Made by a program: the position numbers and the translations under genes
NCBI GenBank assembly: GCA_021399395.1
Contig: JAAFKJ010000084.1
Location: forward strand, 1 to 17,855
Origin: Candidatus Heimdallarchaeota archaeon
GTDB taxonomy: Archaea > Asgardarchaeota > Heimdallarchaeia > Heimdallarchaeales > Heimdallarchaeaceae
Direction of reading: 5' to 3'
DNA: 17,855 nt
The notes under the pieces: generated by a model
What the model was told of the DNA's origin: nothing
Seen by the model: only the letters and a program-made list of their open reading frames with translations
Databases searched by the model: none
In this document: piece by piece, positions 16,498 to 17,855 of the stretch
Position numbering within the stretch: the stretch's first letter is position 1
How the letters are laid out: every line of letters begins with the position of its first letter

Positions 16498-17454
16498 TTA
16501 CGCCTCTTTCCATTCTTGAATCTTACTTGTTAGTTCTTCACTTGTAATTGGATGACGCTTTAACTTCTCAATAATTTGACTAATCTCATGTCTTTTGCTA
16601 GTTGATAATGCACCCATTTCCATTAAAGCATCTCTTGCTTTAATAATGGCATCCATAAGTTCTGCAGGATTAGATTCAACATATACAACTGAAAGAAGAT
16701 TTTCATAGATTCTTTCAACAGTCAAACCTCCCCAATTAGTAGAGATATCGGTCATTTCTGCAAATTCAGAGGAGATAACAGTGAACCCTCTTCCTACTTT
16801 TTTGATATGGACTTTTTGTTGCAATCTGAATATTGCCCTAGTAACTTGCTGAGGATCTACACCGATTCTTTGCTTCAATTCTTCTTCAGTTAAGGGTTTT
16901 TCAGCTTTGAGAAGTAGACCTAAAATTTGTTGATCAATTGTTCCTTTTGTACTACTATAGATTATCATGTCTCTGAGCGAATTAACAAATACTTCGTTTG
17001 TAGGTTTCTTATAATAAGCCATTAGACTATCCACATAATTATCCAGTTGAGAAGTTTTCGCTTCTTGTACTGGAGGGGTTTCTTCTGTTTGCGAAAAAGC
17101 TGGAGTGGGTGGGTATGAAGTACCTGGTTCTTCCTGAGCCTTCTTCAATTCTATATCTTTTTGTTGAAGTTGTTTTGTTAAATCGTACTCCCTCTCACTT
17201 CTAGCTTTCTTATCTTGTTCGAAAAACTCTCTTTCTTCTTGTATTCTTAGTGAATAGTTCTCAGCTTCTTGAGCTTTTGCAGATATAATTTCATTTAGCT
17301 TTGAAATCTCAATCTGTAGTTCCTCAATTTTATTTGATTGATTTGCAATTCGTTGTTGAAGCTGAGCAATATAGTCTTGTTGAGCTTGATTTCTCAATTT
17401 AGCTTTTTTAGGATCATCTGATGAATCTTCATTGTCATATGGGTTGAAAACCAT
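16498..17454 (-). CDS. Coiled-coil / winged-helix / helical-bundle hypothetical protein
   Basis: N-terminal heptads, a Pro-rich linker (EPGTSYPPTPAF...ETPPVQ), a wHTH (QILGLLLKAEKPLTEEELKQRIGVDPQQVTRAIFRLQQKVHIKKVGRGF) and a C-terminal helical domain. I prefer the ATG at 17454 over the TTG at 17493. Confidence 0.82.
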   Translation of the reverse strand: MVFNPYDNEDSSDDPKKAKLRNQAQQDYIAQLQQRIANQSNKIEELQIEISKLNEIISAKAQEAENYSLRIQEEREFFEQDKKARSEREYDLTKQLQQKDIELKKAQEEPGTSYPPTPAFSQTEETPPVQEAKTSQLDNYVDSLMAYYKKPTNEVFVNSLRDMIIYSSTKGTIDQQILGLLLKAEKPLTEEELKQRIGVDPQQVTRAIFRLQQKVHIKKVGRGFTVISSEFAEMTDISTNWGGLTVERIYENLLSVVYVESNPAELMDAIIKARDALMEMGALSTSKRHEISQIIEKLKRHPITSEELTSKIQEWKEA

Positions 17455-17555
17455 TGTTTTGCACCTTGATATGAATAATAACCTCAAAAACAAATAAAGT
17501 TATTCATGTTTCTTTTACACAAGAAAAATTAAGGTAAAATAAAATCTTGATTCAG

Positions 17556-17855
17556 CTAATCAAGATTCAATATTTCTCTAAGAATAGTTTCAAAACTTTC
17601 TGTATTAGCATCCATTGAGACATATGGCCAAATTTCATTCTCAGTGCTCATTACATACTCAGCTAGCGCTATGACATCTCCAACTCCATACCCAAGTTCC
17701 TTCTTATTTCTTGCAAGGAAATTATCAAAGTTTCTCAATAATTCATCTTCTTTTGCTTTTGCTCCTTTAGTCTCTTCAATGCGATCAGGATTATTCAATC
17801 GTTTGAATCTGGTTTTCATTGATGTATGAAAAGCAATAACAAACACGTTTTCATC
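17556..17855 (-). CDS. 3' part of an archaeal nucleotide-kinase-like (dephospho-CoA kinase-like/UPF0200) protein, truncated by the window edge
   Basis: The frame is open to the window end (DENVFVIAF...). VIAFHTSMKTRFKRL...RNKKELGYGVGDVIALAE resembles the family pattern IHASPxxRFxRL...RDxxELxxGIGxVIAxAD. The P-loop would lie outside the window. Confidence 0.65.
   Translation of the reverse strand, partial: DENVFVIAFHTSMKTRFKRLNNPDRIEETKGAKAKEDELLRNFDNFLARNKKELGYGVGDVIALAEYVMSTENEIWPYVSMDANTESFETILREILNLD

Noticed and set aside
17644-17829. 61-aa plus-strand ORF
   Set aside because: Antisense shadow of the kinase-like gene.

Overview
AT-rich, gene-dense archaeal chromosomal segment. Gene content and promoter style suggest Asgard archaea, most like Heimdallarchaeia; this is an inference, not a database result. 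It has 13 plausible CDSs: a MacB/LolD-type ABC exporter pair, an AAA+/winged-helix protein with degenerate catalytic motifs, a NYN (TIGR00288-like) protein missing most catalytic Asp residues, two coiled-coil/winged-helix proteins, a PD-(D/E)XK nuclease, an MglA-like small GTPase, a SIS-domain 6-phospho-3-hexuloisomerase-like protein, an overlapping MMPL / membrane-anchored secreted protein / PIN-helical protein trio, and the 3' end of a nucleotide-kinase-like gene. I saw no rRNA, tRNA, CRISPR array or transposase. The best candidates for new biology are: (i) the pseudo-ATPase AAA+-wHTH gene with a 9-bp-periodic TTCGAA repeat array over its putative promoter, and (ii) the co-oriented GTPase - nuclease - coiled-coil/wHTH - pseudo-NYN run that converges on it.
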